Source: Paenibacillus eucommiae
GTDB taxonomy: Bacteria > Bacillota > Bacilli > Paenibacillales > NBRC-103111
Assembly (NCBI RefSeq): GCF_017874215.1
Contig: NZ_JAGGLB010000052.1
Span: 1 to 53,820 of the forward strand
Direction of reading: 5' to 3'
Length of the DNA: 53,820 bases
Shown: positions 20,176 through 29,121 of the stretch, piece by piece
Layout of the letters: every line of letters begins with the position of its first letter
Position numbering within the stretch: position 1 is the stretch's first letter
Made by a program: the position numbers and the translations under genes
The notes under the pieces: model-generated
Told to the model about the DNA's origin: nothing
Seen by the model: only the letters and a program-made list of their open reading frames with translations
Databases searched by the model: none

Positions 20176-22317
20176 TTACTGAAGTTCAAAAAGCCGGGCA
20201 CAGTTCATTGACGGTAAAGTTACTGTTAATACCCCACCTTCTGGATTCCATTTCCAGGCGCAGTCTTGCCGCTGCGGATAGCTGCAGCGAACATCAGCAT
20301 CCAATCCCGCCAGAAAATGTATCGGCAATTCAATGGTATCTTCTGTGCTCTCCAACCTCCATATGGCCAAATACGACTTATCGCCGCAACGCAGCCCTAA
20401 GCACAACCACGAATCACCATAGGAGGGTAATCCCAGAGGCCAATAAGGAAGCCCGCCGGCAAGGTCTTTCCGAATGGATTTGTAATAATCCAATCCTTCG
20501 CGAATCAATGCGAAACGATTCGGCGAAATTTCCGCCAAATGCCCACTCTGATGGACTCTCATCAGCATGCAGTTGACGAGGTTGAAAATCACTTCTTCCT
20601 CGCTGCCGTCCCGGAGCGGGTAAGACCATACCGCACATTGTTCCGGCGTGATCGCTGTCGGAGCTGCAGCCACAATCGCGGCATATTTGCGGTAATCGGT
20701 CTGATCGCTGCTTGACTGGATGCTGTGACGACTTAGCAATGCGTAATCCATACGCATGCCTCCACTTGCACAGTTTTCTATGACAAGATCGGGATACCGC
20801 TCGAATACCCGGTCAACCCATTGGAGATATGCGCGATTATGCTGGAGAAGACCATCCCCAAAGCTGTCAGCTTTCACTTCGGTGCCAATCCCCGCATTGA
20901 TGTTATAGTCCATCTTGATATAACCGACACCATACTCCTTTACGAGCCGGTCTATCACTTCATCTGCGTGCTTTACTACTTCCTGATTTCTGAAATCCAT
21001 CTGGTAGCGTCCATGATCAATAACACGTTTTCCATGACGCATGAAAAACCAATCATCGCCTACTGTATCGGCAAGCGGGCAGTGTACCCCCATAACCTCA
21101 AGCTCCAGCCATAGTCCTGGAACCATTCCTTTGAATCGGATATAGTCTGTTACTTCCTTCAGACCACCCGGAAAGCGTGTTTGCGATGGCTGCCACAATC
21201 CAACCTCATCCCACCACTCTCCATCCGCATACCAGCCGGCATCGATACAGTAATATTCACAACCAGCTTCTGCCGCCGCATCAACCAAGGGCAAAATCTT
21301 CTCCGTTGTCGGGTCGGCAAACAAGCAATTCATATAATCGTTGAAGATGACAGGCAGCTGCACATTGTCCACATTCGGCCGCCTTGTCGCCCGGCGGTAA
21401 CGAGTTAATTCACCGATCGCCTGTTCGAAAGCCCCTTCAACAATACCAACAGCTACCGGAACCGAAACGAATGTTTCACCTGGCCCGATGCTTTTCCACC
21501 AATGGTTTTCGTTTTCAGTAGGGCCGCTAAGCTGTAAGTAGAGGTGGTTCGCCATATCGCTGATTTCCCAGTGCCAGGAACCGTTATGCTCAATTTGCCA
21601 GAACAAAGCCGTGCCCCGCTCGACATTTTCGAAGCAGCCCATTGGAAGCAAGCCCTCGGATGACCATGTTCCCGATGTACTGTAAGAAAGACGTTTCAGT
21701 GAAGAAGCGTTAGCCCTTGTCAGGCCAAGCTCCGGCAGCGTGTTGTTTCTCCATTGCAATTCGCCATGCCAAGTATTGTGAGCGACATGCAGCCGGCTTT
21801 TTGCTTCCCAACTGCTGCTCCCTTCTTTGGCAATGCCGGTCAAGGCGAAGGATGATACATATTCCAAGCCTATCGGGGTATTAGCGCTATTTGTAATTTC
21901 TGTCCATGAACGTAAAACTGGAATGTCGTTGAACATCTGGTAGTGAACCGTAACAAGCAGCCCTTCATCTTCCAGCACAATCTCCAGCTTTCGTCCATAC
22001 TCGTTATGCCTGTCGGTATGGCATACATATTTCAAGCGATTACCTGGCAATGTGCCCGTATATTTCGCTCCATGATGATCATCCTGATCCATCCCGGTCA
22101 CTTGAATTTCCACAATGCGGAATTTCCGCCGGGCATCTTCTGAATCCAGCTCTTGTACATTCAAAGGAAATGGTGATAGATGCAGCAGCCGAACATCCCT
22201 GCTCTCTGTTATCTCCACTTCCAGATAAATTCCGTTTTCGCAAATAGAAATGTTTGGCATGTCGTTCATGATCCTCTCTAAAATAACTGTGTTCACTCTC
22301 ACTACGATGTGTTTCAT
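20176..22317 (-). CDS. Alpha-galactosidase, glycoside hydrolase family 36
   Basis: 713 aa. Contains the GH36 catalytic-region block ...YMNCLFADPTTEKILPLVDAAAEAGCEYYCIDAGWYADGEWWDEVGLWQP...KMDYN.... The true start may be the internal ATG at ~22269 (MNDMPNIS...), which has a better RBS. Confidence 0.88.
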   Translation of the reverse strand: MKHIVVRVNTVILERIMNDMPNISICENGIYLEVEITESRDVRLLHLSPFPLNVQELDSEDARRKFRIVEIQVTGMDQDDHHGAKYTGTLPGNRLKYVCHTDRHNEYGRKLEIVLEDEGLLVTVHYQMFNDIPVLRSWTEITNSANTPIGLEYVSSFALTGIAKEGSSSWEAKSRLHVAHNTWHGELQWRNNTLPELGLTRANASSLKRLSYSTSGTWSSEGLLPMGCFENVERGTALFWQIEHNGSWHWEISDMANHLYLQLSGPTENENHWWKSIGPGETFVSVPVAVGIVEGAFEQAIGELTRYRRATRRPNVDNVQLPVIFNDYMNCLFADPTTEKILPLVDAAAEAGCEYYCIDAGWYADGEWWDEVGLWQPSQTRFPGGLKEVTDYIRFKGMVPGLWLELEVMGVHCPLADTVGDDWFFMRHGKRVIDHGRYQMDFRNQEVVKHADEVIDRLVKEYGVGYIKMDYNINAGIGTEVKADSFGDGLLQHNRAYLQWVDRVFERYPDLVIENCASGGMRMDYALLSRHSIQSSSDQTDYRKYAAIVAAAPTAITPEQCAVWSYPLRDGSEEEVIFNLVNCMLMRVHQSGHLAEISPNRFALIREGLDYYKSIRKDLAGGLPYWPLGLPSYGDSWLCLGLRCGDKSYLAIWRLESTEDTIELPIHFLAGLDADVRCSYPQRQDCAWKWNPEGGVLTVTLPSMNCARLFELQ

Positions 22318-22488
22318 CTCTAATAAATAAATTGTCCGTAAAAACTACTTTCGCACTCGTAATCCTGGTACACGCCTAACCTTCCAACGACATAAAAAAG
22401 ACGCTTACCGTATGTTCTTCCCACTACATTGTAGCAGTCCGTAACCAGCAAGCGTTATCAATTTTGTGACTTCTTAGTCGATCTAATG

Positions 22489-23403
22489 TCAAGAATTATC
22501 ACTTAATAAATATTTCCATCGGTGTTTATCTACAGCTTTCCGGTAGGCCGCAGGTGACCAGCCCGTGTACTGCTTGAATAAAGAATGAAAATACTGCCGG
22601 CTTCCCACGCCAACATACTCAGAAATCTCTACAATTGGAATGTCTGTTTGCTGCAGCAGCATTTTTGCCTTCTCCATTCGTAAGGAAGTCAAATATTCGG
22701 TAATCGTCGAACCTGTATGAGATTTGAAAATACGCTGAAGATAGCCAAGATGCAGGCTAACATAAGAGGCGATCTCTTCCACCCGGATTTGACGGTCGTA
22801 ATTATGCTGCAAATACTCGATACACTGATTGATGTAATAGTCGGTCTGCGGCTGCCCATCCAGCCGTACCTGCTCCCATAACCTGGCGAGCCGGATCAAT
22901 AGCTGCGTAAATAACAGCTGCACCATCACTCCATTTTCCAAAGCATGATTATCAAGCTCAAGAACAAGGCTTTTCAGTACCTGGTACAGCTCATCCGGAT
23001 CAGCCATCAGCAGGTAAGGCTCGGGCGATTGGATAAGAGCTGCAAGTGCCTCCTCTGCCCCGGCAAACTGCTTCATCGACGGAAACATGCCTTCGCTGCA
23101 GCTAAAGTGAAATTCCACATTCAACATCCTGCAGGAGACATTTTCATCCACGAGTAACCGATGTGGCACATTCCCGTCAAGAATAATGAATTCACTCTTC
23201 GTTAATTCCACACATTCAATTTCCCCAAGTCCCAAATCGAGCTCTACCCGGCACTCACCGCTGATCACATACATAATCTCCGTCGAATTATGGTGATGGA
23301 AGGACATCGATAAGTTCTGCCATTGTTTGAAATAGTAGGCCATGATTTGCGGCGAGTAATCCTCCTGCAGCAGCAGGGGTTGAAATAGTGATCCGATTTC
23401 CAT
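22489..23403 (-). CDS. AraC family transcriptional regulator (cupin sensor plus HTH)
   Basis: The C-terminal block IEYLQHNYDRQIRVEEIASYVSLHLGYLQRIFKSHTGSTITEYLTSLRMEKAKMLL is AraC HTH. ATG at 23403 with RBS AGGAGGA is preferred. The upstream GTG at 23424 is also possible. Confidence 0.85.
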   Translation of the reverse strand: MEIGSLFQPLLLQEDYSPQIMAYYFKQWQNLSMSFHHHNSTEIMYVISGECRVELDLGLGEIECVELTKSEFIILDGNVPHRLLVDENVSCRMLNVEFHFSCSEGMFPSMKQFAGAEEALAALIQSPEPYLLMADPDELYQVLKSLVLELDNHALENGVMVQLLFTQLLIRLARLWEQVRLDGQPQTDYYINQCIEYLQHNYDRQIRVEEIASYVSLHLGYLQRIFKSHTGSTITEYLTSLRMEKAKMLLQQTDIPIVEISEYVGVGSRQYFHSLFKQYTGWSPAAYRKAVDKHRWKYLLSDNS

Positions 23404-23529
23404 GGTATCCTCCTGACTGGGCACAATATACTTATGGTTGTGTTCACCTGATTGCTAGTCTCTTTATTTTGACTGAAATTAGAAAGGCTTACAAGAGGAT
23501 AATTCCTTGTTTGTACACACTTAAGTGAG

Positions 23530-23622
23530 ATTTGAATGGAATAGATTGGATTGGATTGGAAGTGAAGGTTGGAACAAATCTTTAAAGGCGGACACAACCG
23601 CTCTTCCACCAACGCCATTTCC
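23530..23622. repeat. Repeat locus 6: module C (ggaacaaatctttaaaggcgg) plus a D-like module, preceded by (gattg)x3.
   Basis: Matches 33100-33125 and the reverse complement of 36112-36136. Two different ORF-track entries (23525..23710 + and 35980..36210 -) translate the same peptide WNKSLKA..ALPPTP from this module, confirming the shared sequence. Confidence 0.75.
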
Positions 23623-23782
23623 TCTTTTCTCAGCTACAATCGCACGAATTGAATCTGCCTATCTCAAAATGACTGCCAGCAGAAGCTGCTTTCCTGAACG
23701 AAAGGGATAGTGCCGATAGGGATATGGCGATAGAGAAAATGTGAGATTTTTTTCTGAATTTATGCTTTCTGACTAATACAAC

Positions 23783-23826
23783 AATAAAAAAATCCTTTGC
23801 AAATTTCCGCAAAAGATCTTTTTTAT
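23783..23826 (-). terminator. Rho-independent terminator downstream of the DJ-1/PfpI gene
   Basis: Stem ctttgc aaatttcc gcaaag flanked by an A-run and a T-run. Confidence 0.6.
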
Positions 23827-23907
23827 TATCTTCGTATTTATTTTGTAATAAAGGAGTTCCAGCACTGACAATAAATCAGCAGATTTAGTATCTTTCTTGT
23901 TACAAAA

Positions 23908-24441
23908 TTAGTAAGCAGATACCCCAAGCTTATTAATAATTTCTTGAATAAAGGCTGGCTCATCCTCCGGCGTTCGTGAAGTAATCATATTGTTATCCAC
24001 AACCACTTCCTTGTCTACGAAGTTGCCTCCCGCTTCCTTAATCTCTTCCGCAATGCCGGGATAAGAGGTTAATGTTCTCCCCTTTAACAGGCCCGCTTCA
24101 GCAAGCAGCTGAGGACCGTGGCAAATCGCAGCTATCGTAATGCCCAATTGATCGGCCTTTTTAACAAATTCGATCATATGCTTGTTTACCAAAAGCTTGG
24201 ATGGCGATTTACCGCCAGGGATAATAACCGCTTCATAGTCACTCGCATCTGCTTCTTCCGCGGATAGATGCGAGGTGTAGGAGATGGTCCCCTTTTTGCC
24301 CTCCAATTTGGCGCCTTTTTCTAAACTTATAATAACTCCATCGTTTCCGTTTTGGGACATAGCCTCATAAGGGTTCATCATCTCGGAATCCTCATACCCG
24401 TCGGCTATTAAAAAAGCAACCTTCTTCACCATTTGTTTCAT
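23908..24441 (-). CDS. DJ-1/PfpI family protein (type-1 glutamine amidotransferase-like; general stress protein 18-like)
   Basis: 177 aa. The nucleophile-elbow motif AICHGPQLL and VVVDNNMITSR are present. RBS AGAGGAG. Confidence 0.85.
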   Translation of the reverse strand: MKQMVKKVAFLIADGYEDSEMMNPYEAMSQNGNDGVIISLEKGAKLEGKKGTISYTSHLSAEEADASDYEAVIIPGGKSPSKLLVNKHMIEFVKKADQLGITIAAICHGPQLLAEAGLLKGRTLTSYPGIAEEIKEAGGNFVDKEVVVDNNMITSRTPEDEPAFIQEIINKLGVSAY

Positions 24442-24502
24442 TTATATCTACTCCTCTCTTCTTCAGGATGAACAATTCTCTCAGTTTCTTCCCTCCTCTA
24501 TG

Positions 24503-24530
24503 CTATACCCCTTTTGGCCTGGAAATAAAC
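24503..24530 (-). promoter_or_regulatory. Sigma-B-type promoter candidate (GTTTAT-N13-GGGTAT) in front of the DJ-1/PfpI gene
   Basis: The minus strand reads gtttatttccaggccaaaaggggtatagcat. Compare the B. subtilis sigma-B consensus GTTTaa-N12-15-GGGtAt. The B. subtilis DJ-1 homologue yfkM is sigma-B dependent. Confidence 0.5.
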
Positions 24531-24562
24531 ATAACTGGATACTGCCGTCTGCCGCTGCTGCC

Positions 24563-25672
24563 TTAAGCTCCATTCCTTACACTTAACAGCGAATTCAACT
24601 GCTCCAGCAAATTGCCGCCGCCAGTAAGCGAAATCGTGCCGATTTTCTCACAAATCTTCTCCAGAAATTCAAGCTCCTTAAGGCGGTAAAGCGTCTGATT
24701 CTCGTCCATCAGCTTTGCTGTATTCAGCAAACTGCGAGTCGAAGCCGTTTCTTCCCGGCGGGTAATAATATTAGCCTGCGCCTTCTTTTCAGCCAGCAGC
24801 ACCGTGTTGAGAATATCCTTGATATCTCCTGGCAGGATGATGTCCTTAAGGCCAGCAGCCTGAAACTGCACACCATAGTGTTCGCTTTTTTCATTTAAGC
24901 GGGCTAGCACGAACGTAGCAATCTCCTGTTTCATTTTCAACAAATCATCCAGCTTCAATGTCCCCACATACTCCCGCAAAATAAGCTGCAGTACAATATA
25001 AACCTGATCCTCAAAAGATTTGATTTCCAAAGCCTTAAGTGGATTTACAATTTTATACTGGCAGACAAAGTTTAACCGCAAAGTAACCTTATCCTCCGTC
25101 ATAATCTCTTGTCCGGTCATATCCAATTGCTGCTGCCTCAGGTCCTGAATTTTGACGACAACAGTTGTAGGTCCTTTCCAGAAATAGTACTTGCCCGGGG
25201 TCAGCTCTTTTTGCAGCACATTGTTGTAGAAAAGCATACCTGACTCGTGAGCCCCTACTTCTACGATTTGGCAGCAGCCGTGCAGTTTGGGCAAAATTGC
25301 TAAATCCACTTCCGGCGCAATCTCCGGATTTCTGATGTCTACTCGTAAACATTCATGTTTCTGCCATATATTCCAAAAAGCATACACCCCTGCTCTCAAA
25401 AGAGAGACAAACTTGCCGTCCACATAATGAAGCACATATTCGTAATCCTGAACATCTACAATCGTTAATTGCTTAACCAGCTGCTCATCCTGCATAAACA
25501 AACGGATATCTTTATTGGGCACGGAGAGAGGCTGCATCACATTTTGTACGATAACAGTATGATCGGTAAAAGGAGCGAATCGGTATGTACCTGGCTGAAG
25601 GTGCTTGATATAGCTTCCATTTCTGAAAAGAAGTCCACGCTCATCATTTTTTATAATAACTTTTGAAAACAT
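24563..25672 (-). CDS. SPFH/band-7 (slipin-like) domain protein with an N-terminal triplicated beta-rich repeat
   Basis: 369 aa. The C-terminal part (...KDIILPGDIKDILNTVLLAEKKAQANIITRREETASTRSLLNTAKLMDENQTLYRLKELEFLEKI) is band-7-like. The N-terminal part has three ~50-aa repeats containing GxYxF. RBS AAGGGGG. Confidence 0.6.
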   Translation of the reverse strand: MFSKVIIKNDERGLLFRNGSYIKHLQPGTYRFAPFTDHTVIVQNVMQPLSVPNKDIRLFMQDEQLVKQLTIVDVQDYEYVLHYVDGKFVSLLRAGVYAFWNIWQKHECLRVDIRNPEIAPEVDLAILPKLHGCCQIVEVGAHESGMLFYNNVLQKELTPGKYYFWKGPTTVVVKIQDLRQQQLDMTGQEIMTEDKVTLRLNFVCQYKIVNPLKALEIKSFEDQVYIVLQLILREYVGTLKLDDLLKMKQEIATFVLARLNEKSEHYGVQFQAAGLKDIILPGDIKDILNTVLLAEKKAQANIITRREETASTRSLLNTAKLMDENQTLYRLKELEFLEKICEKIGTISLTGGGNLLEQLNSLLSVRNGA

Positions 25673-25722
25673 GATTATTCCCCCTTGATTTTAACGACCT
25701 TGAACAAGGAATCCTCCTGCAG

Positions 25723-25911
25723 CTAAAGCGGAATCAGGCTTAATGAAGCAAGGTAACCCGTAATTTCGGACAAAAACTCTGTGAATCGATCATTAGGTTC
25801 AACAGCAACCCATAACCTTTTCACTTCATTTTTGGCAAAAATAAACGGATTTGCTTGCTGCATAATCAGCTGATTGCAAAGCCCAGCTCGCAGTGCATGC
25901 AAGAAGCGCAC
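25723..25911 (-). CDS. Small hypothetical ORF (62 aa, GTG start). Possibly not a gene.
   Basis: ORF with RBS-like AAAGGGGA upstream of a GTG. No recognisable domain. Confidence 0.2.
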   Translation of the reverse strand: MRFLHALRAGLCNQLIMQQANPFIFAKNEVKRLWVAVEPNDRFTEFLSEITGYLASLSLIPL

Positions 25912-26162
25912 ACTGAGGATTCCCCTTTGAGGTCTCCAATTTGTTAGATCTGACCACTATTTCATCGCTTGAAAAGCGAGAAGGGATTCGAACCCTCACA
26001 CATGGTAGATTAATGCCGAATGGACCTTACAGGATACCTGCACATACAATATGCGGGCACTGCGGAATGATAAGATATTCCAGCCTCGGTAAGCCATCCT
26101 TGCAATAACCTGATCTAGGATGGATAAAAGATCCATCACAGATCAGGTTATTGCTTACGAGT

Positions 26163-26226
26163 TCTATCATCGCTGATTTGGGTGCTTACGAACATGGTGC
26201 AAGTATGGCGACTCGGAAAAAGAATG
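26163..26226. repeat. Copy A of a conserved ~63-nt element (tcatcgctgatttgggtgcttacgaacatggtgcaagtatggcgactcggaaaaa)
   Basis: About 56 of 63 nt are identical to copy B at 28971-29036, in the same orientation. The two copies bracket the epimerase-like + rtcB gene pair. Confidence 0.8.
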
Positions 26227-26247
26227 AAGTTTTTGCAAATAAATGAA

Positions 26248-26283
26248 AAACCCGCAAGGCTCAATAAGAGCCCTTGCGGGTTA
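26248..26283 (-). terminator. Rho-independent terminator of the aldose-epimerase-like gene
   Basis: Minus strand: cccgcaagggctcttattgagccttgcggg followed by tttttcattt. Confidence 0.75.
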
Positions 26284-26316
26284 TGGCTTGCTTATACAAT
26301 CGGTGGATAGCTGCCT

Positions 26317-27345
26317 TTAGATGCGAACTTGGCCTTCTTTGGATACGAATTTCACCTTATCAGAAGTATTATGTATAACAAATGTCATCCAAGTTTCAAG
26401 GCTCTCTCCAGGCTGTAATACCGGCGCTTCCCCTTGCTCCACTGCATTTGATAGTGTGGGCACATTCGATGCTTGAGGCTCCAACGCCATACTGTATACC
26501 TTTCCGTTAAAAGGTGCTTCTTGAATCGTATGATGCTCCTGCCACAGCCACAAAAAAGGGAACGCCTTGTTGTCCCAGGCAAGTGCAAAGCCGAGGCCCT
26601 CCTGCTCATTAAACACGTTGTACCAGTATTCCTTGATTTCGTCGATAAAGAGCATTTCACTGAAAGGATCTGCAGGAAAGTAGGTGAGATCCAGCATTTC
26701 TCCTTGTTTTCCTTGTATACTATCGAGCGTTCCGGAAGCTCCGGGCAGCACCCTGCTGTCAGCAGCATGGTCTTCCAGCCTATCGAACACACGGCATTCA
26801 GGAAGATCAATACGTGTAGCAGGACTCACGAAAGGAGCGCCAAATGTTATATGCTGTCCCCATAGGTAAGGCTCAGCTTCCCCGCTTTTGTTCGTGATTT
26901 TTTCAGATATAAACAGGCTCGATTCATTGCTTCTAAACACAATTGATTTGGAAATCAGGAACGGAAGCACCTTGCTCTCGGTCCATAAAAACAAACGAAT
27001 TTCCTCATCGCCATCCTGCTCAATCCGGAACTCCCATGACTGATATTGCACATCGCCATGTCCTGGAATATCCGTATTCTTGTAGCTGCAGCCGCTCCCT
27101 GCATTCGGAAACAGCTCATACCAACCGCCTACATCATAAACCAGGCCTTTGGGATCCTTGTAAAGTACATCGATATCAGTCCGCTTATCCCTTATTTCAA
27201 AAATATGGGCTCCATGATCCACATCAATGCTGACCCGAATAGCTTCATTTTCCAGCGTTAGAACACGGTGCCCCTGTATTTCATGCTGTAAAAGCTGAGC
27301 CTTCCCTGTGCTCCTTGCTTCTGCCGATTTACTATTTTCCACCAT
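26317..27345 (-). CDS. Aldose-1-epimerase-like / DUF4432-like protein (galactose-mutarotase fold, tentative)
   Basis: 342-aa soluble protein. Motifs such as GGWYELFPNAG and the beta-rich composition suggest a mutarotase-like fold. RBS GAGGGAGATG. Family assignment not verified. Confidence 0.5.
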   Translation of the reverse strand: MVENSKSAEARSTGKAQLLQHEIQGHRVLTLENEAIRVSIDVDHGAHIFEIRDKRTDIDVLYKDPKGLVYDVGGWYELFPNAGSGCSYKNTDIPGHGDVQYQSWEFRIEQDGDEEIRLFLWTESKVLPFLISKSIVFRSNESSLFISEKITNKSGEAEPYLWGQHITFGAPFVSPATRIDLPECRVFDRLEDHAADSRVLPGASGTLDSIQGKQGEMLDLTYFPADPFSEMLFIDEIKEYWYNVFNEQEGLGFALAWDNKAFPFLWLWQEHHTIQEAPFNGKVYSMALEPQASNVPTLSNAVEQGEAPVLQPGESLETWMTFVIHNTSDKVKFVSKEGQVRI

Positions 27346-27453
27346 CTTTGCATCTCCCTCGAATCAACCGAAATATGAAATATGAGTTCAATTCTTCCAT
27401 TAACATTATCGATTATATCACATAGCAATGAAGGCTTCCTTCGTTTCTTTTCT

Positions 27454-28872
27454 TCATTTACCTTTAATCGCCGCCATTGGAATGCATCTGGCTACTACGT
27501 CCGCTAAGGATGCACCTACAACACTATCAATAATTTGATCGACATCCTTATAGGCCTGCGGGCATTCGTCCAGAATCGTTTCCAGAGACCGATGATTCAC
27601 CAGGATCTCTTCCTCTGTACCGATGCGCAAGGATTGTGCGAATTGATCAATGGTAACGGCTTCCTTAGTAGCTCTTCGTGATCTCACCCGGCCTGCACCG
27701 TGACAAATAGAATAGAAGTTTTTCAAGCCTTCTTCTTTTCCAACCATAATGTACGACGATGTCCCCATAGAACCAGGTATTAATGCAGGGTGTCCGGTTT
27801 CCTTGTAAACAGGGGTATTCAGGAAATGATTCGGTGGAAGCGCCCGAGTGGCCCCTTTGCGATGAACGAGCATCGGCTGGTTTCTATGAAATTCCTTCAG
27901 CGCGTAGTTATGCATCAAATCGTATAGTACAGGTGTTTCAATCTGTGGACCAAATACATCTTTAAAAGCCTGGCGCACGCCAAAAGCGATCATATGCCTG
28001 TTGCTTACAGCAAAATTAAGTGCAGAATACATAAGGTTTAGATAGGTTTTCCCTTCTTTGCTGGTAATAGGCGCATAGATCAAATTAGGGTCAGGATTCT
28101 CCACGCCCCAATGATACATAGCCTCCTTCATTACCTTGTTATATTCGCGGCCCAGCATGGCTCCCCAAGCGCGAGAACCCGAGTGAATCATAATGACCAC
28201 TTGCCCGTCGAATAAGCCCCACTTAGCCGCAAGCTCTGCGGAAGCTTCATTGATCTCCAAATATTGCAGCTCGATAAAATGATTGCCGCTCCCAAGTGTT
28301 CCCAGCTGCCCGCGGGCATTTTTACGGATTTTCGGTGGCAGATGCTCCAGGTAAGTATGGTCATATTGGAAGGTAGATTCCTCAACATGCGTAATCCATT
28401 GGTTATCTGGGACATACTTGGAAGGCAAGCCCCTTAGCCCCTGCTTCACAACTTCCATGATATCGATATCCGCAAAATGTGAATTCGTCCGTTCGTTGGT
28501 AGGTACATAAGATTCAATTGCTGCTATTAAAGCTCTGCGTACTGCCTTGTCCTGAATATCCCTTTTGTGCAGAGGCGTCGTATGTACCCGCATACCGCAG
28601 CCGATATCTACACCCACAATCGATGGAGAGACAATCCCATCCTTCATACTCCAAACTGCAGTTGTCCCAATACAAGTTCCTACGCCAACATGTGCGTCAG
28701 GTGTATAGCTCATATATACATTCCGCGGAATCCGCAGATTATTGTCTGCCATTTCATATACCTTGGCTTCAAACGACTGAAACACCTCAGCGTTGGCAAA
28801 CACATGGACATTTCCATGATCTAAGCCGATTTCATAATGATTGTTTCCGTGCATTTTTTGCTGCATGTTCAT
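27454..28872 (-). CDS. rtcB: RNA-splicing ligase RtcB (3'-phosphate / 5'-OH RNA ligase)
   Basis: 472 aa. Conserved RtcB blocks: ...PDAHVGVGTCIGTT..., VGVDIGCGMR, ...GSGNHFIELQ..., HNYA..., CHGAGRVRSRRATK. RBS GGAGGTAAAAGA then ATG. Confidence 0.9.
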   Translation of the reverse strand: MNMQQKMHGNNHYEIGLDHGNVHVFANAEVFQSFEAKVYEMADNNLRIPRNVYMSYTPDAHVGVGTCIGTTAVWSMKDGIVSPSIVGVDIGCGMRVHTTPLHKRDIQDKAVRRALIAAIESYVPTNERTNSHFADIDIMEVVKQGLRGLPSKYVPDNQWITHVEESTFQYDHTYLEHLPPKIRKNARGQLGTLGSGNHFIELQYLEINEASAELAAKWGLFDGQVVIMIHSGSRAWGAMLGREYNKVMKEAMYHWGVENPDPNLIYAPITSKEGKTYLNLMYSALNFAVSNRHMIAFGVRQAFKDVFGPQIETPVLYDLMHNYALKEFHRNQPMLVHRKGATRALPPNHFLNTPVYKETGHPALIPGSMGTSSYIMVGKEEGLKNFYSICHGAGRVRSRRATKEAVTIDQFAQSLRIGTEEEILVNHRSLETILDECPQAYKDVDQIIDSVVGASLADVVARCIPMAAIKGK

Positions 28873-28970
28873 TCTTTTACCTCCTCGGGAATAGCTGCTC
28901 CGCTCAGCCTACATGGATACCATGTATTAGTGCTGCGAGTGCTTTCTTTATTTTGCGTTTTGCTTTATGA

Positions 28971-29036
28971 GACCTATCATCGCTTATTTGCCTGCTTACG
29001 AACATGGTGAAAGTATGACGACTATTGAAAAAATAT
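28971..29036. repeat. Copy B of the conserved ~63-nt element, in the divergent rtcB / WYL intergenic region
   Basis: See copy A at 26163-26226. Sits ~100 nt upstream of rtcB and ~85 nt upstream of the WYL-1 start. A candidate extended -10 (tgttacaat) for the WYL operon lies just downstream at ~29066-29074. Confidence 0.8.
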
Positions 29037-29121
29037 CCATTTTCTTCATTTCCCGTACCTGTTACAATGAAAGGAATGCTGCAAAAAGAACAGAAGCTTC
29101 ATCGTAAAGGAGCGAAGGAAC

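Noticed and set aside
20166-22247. Plus-strand ORFs (20166..20576, 20821..21114, 21181..21408, 21943..22143, 22050..22247) overlapping the alpha-galactosidase gene
   Set aside because: They are antisense to a confident GH36 gene. No signatures.
23525-23710. 61-aa ORF translating ...GWNKSLKADTTALPPTP..., and the similar 35980..36210 minus ORF (...WNKSLKAGAHALPPTP...)
   Set aside because: The shared peptide is a by-product of repeat module C/D being read in one frame at two loci. The ORFs lie entirely within intergenic repeat elements.
25975-26000. GGGTTCGAATCCC T-arm-like sequence on the minus strand, suggesting a tRNA gene
   Set aside because: I could not build an acceptor stem, D-arm or anticodon arm in the flanking ~70 nt. 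It is treated as a tRNA-like fragment only (see findings).
26317-27345. Possibility that the gene next to rtcB is rtcA (RNA 3'-phosphate cyclase, similar length)
   Set aside because: The translation lacks the RtcA Gly-rich motifs (e.g. the GAQGEGGGQ-like N-terminus). Its composition suggests a mutarotase-like beta-sandwich instead.
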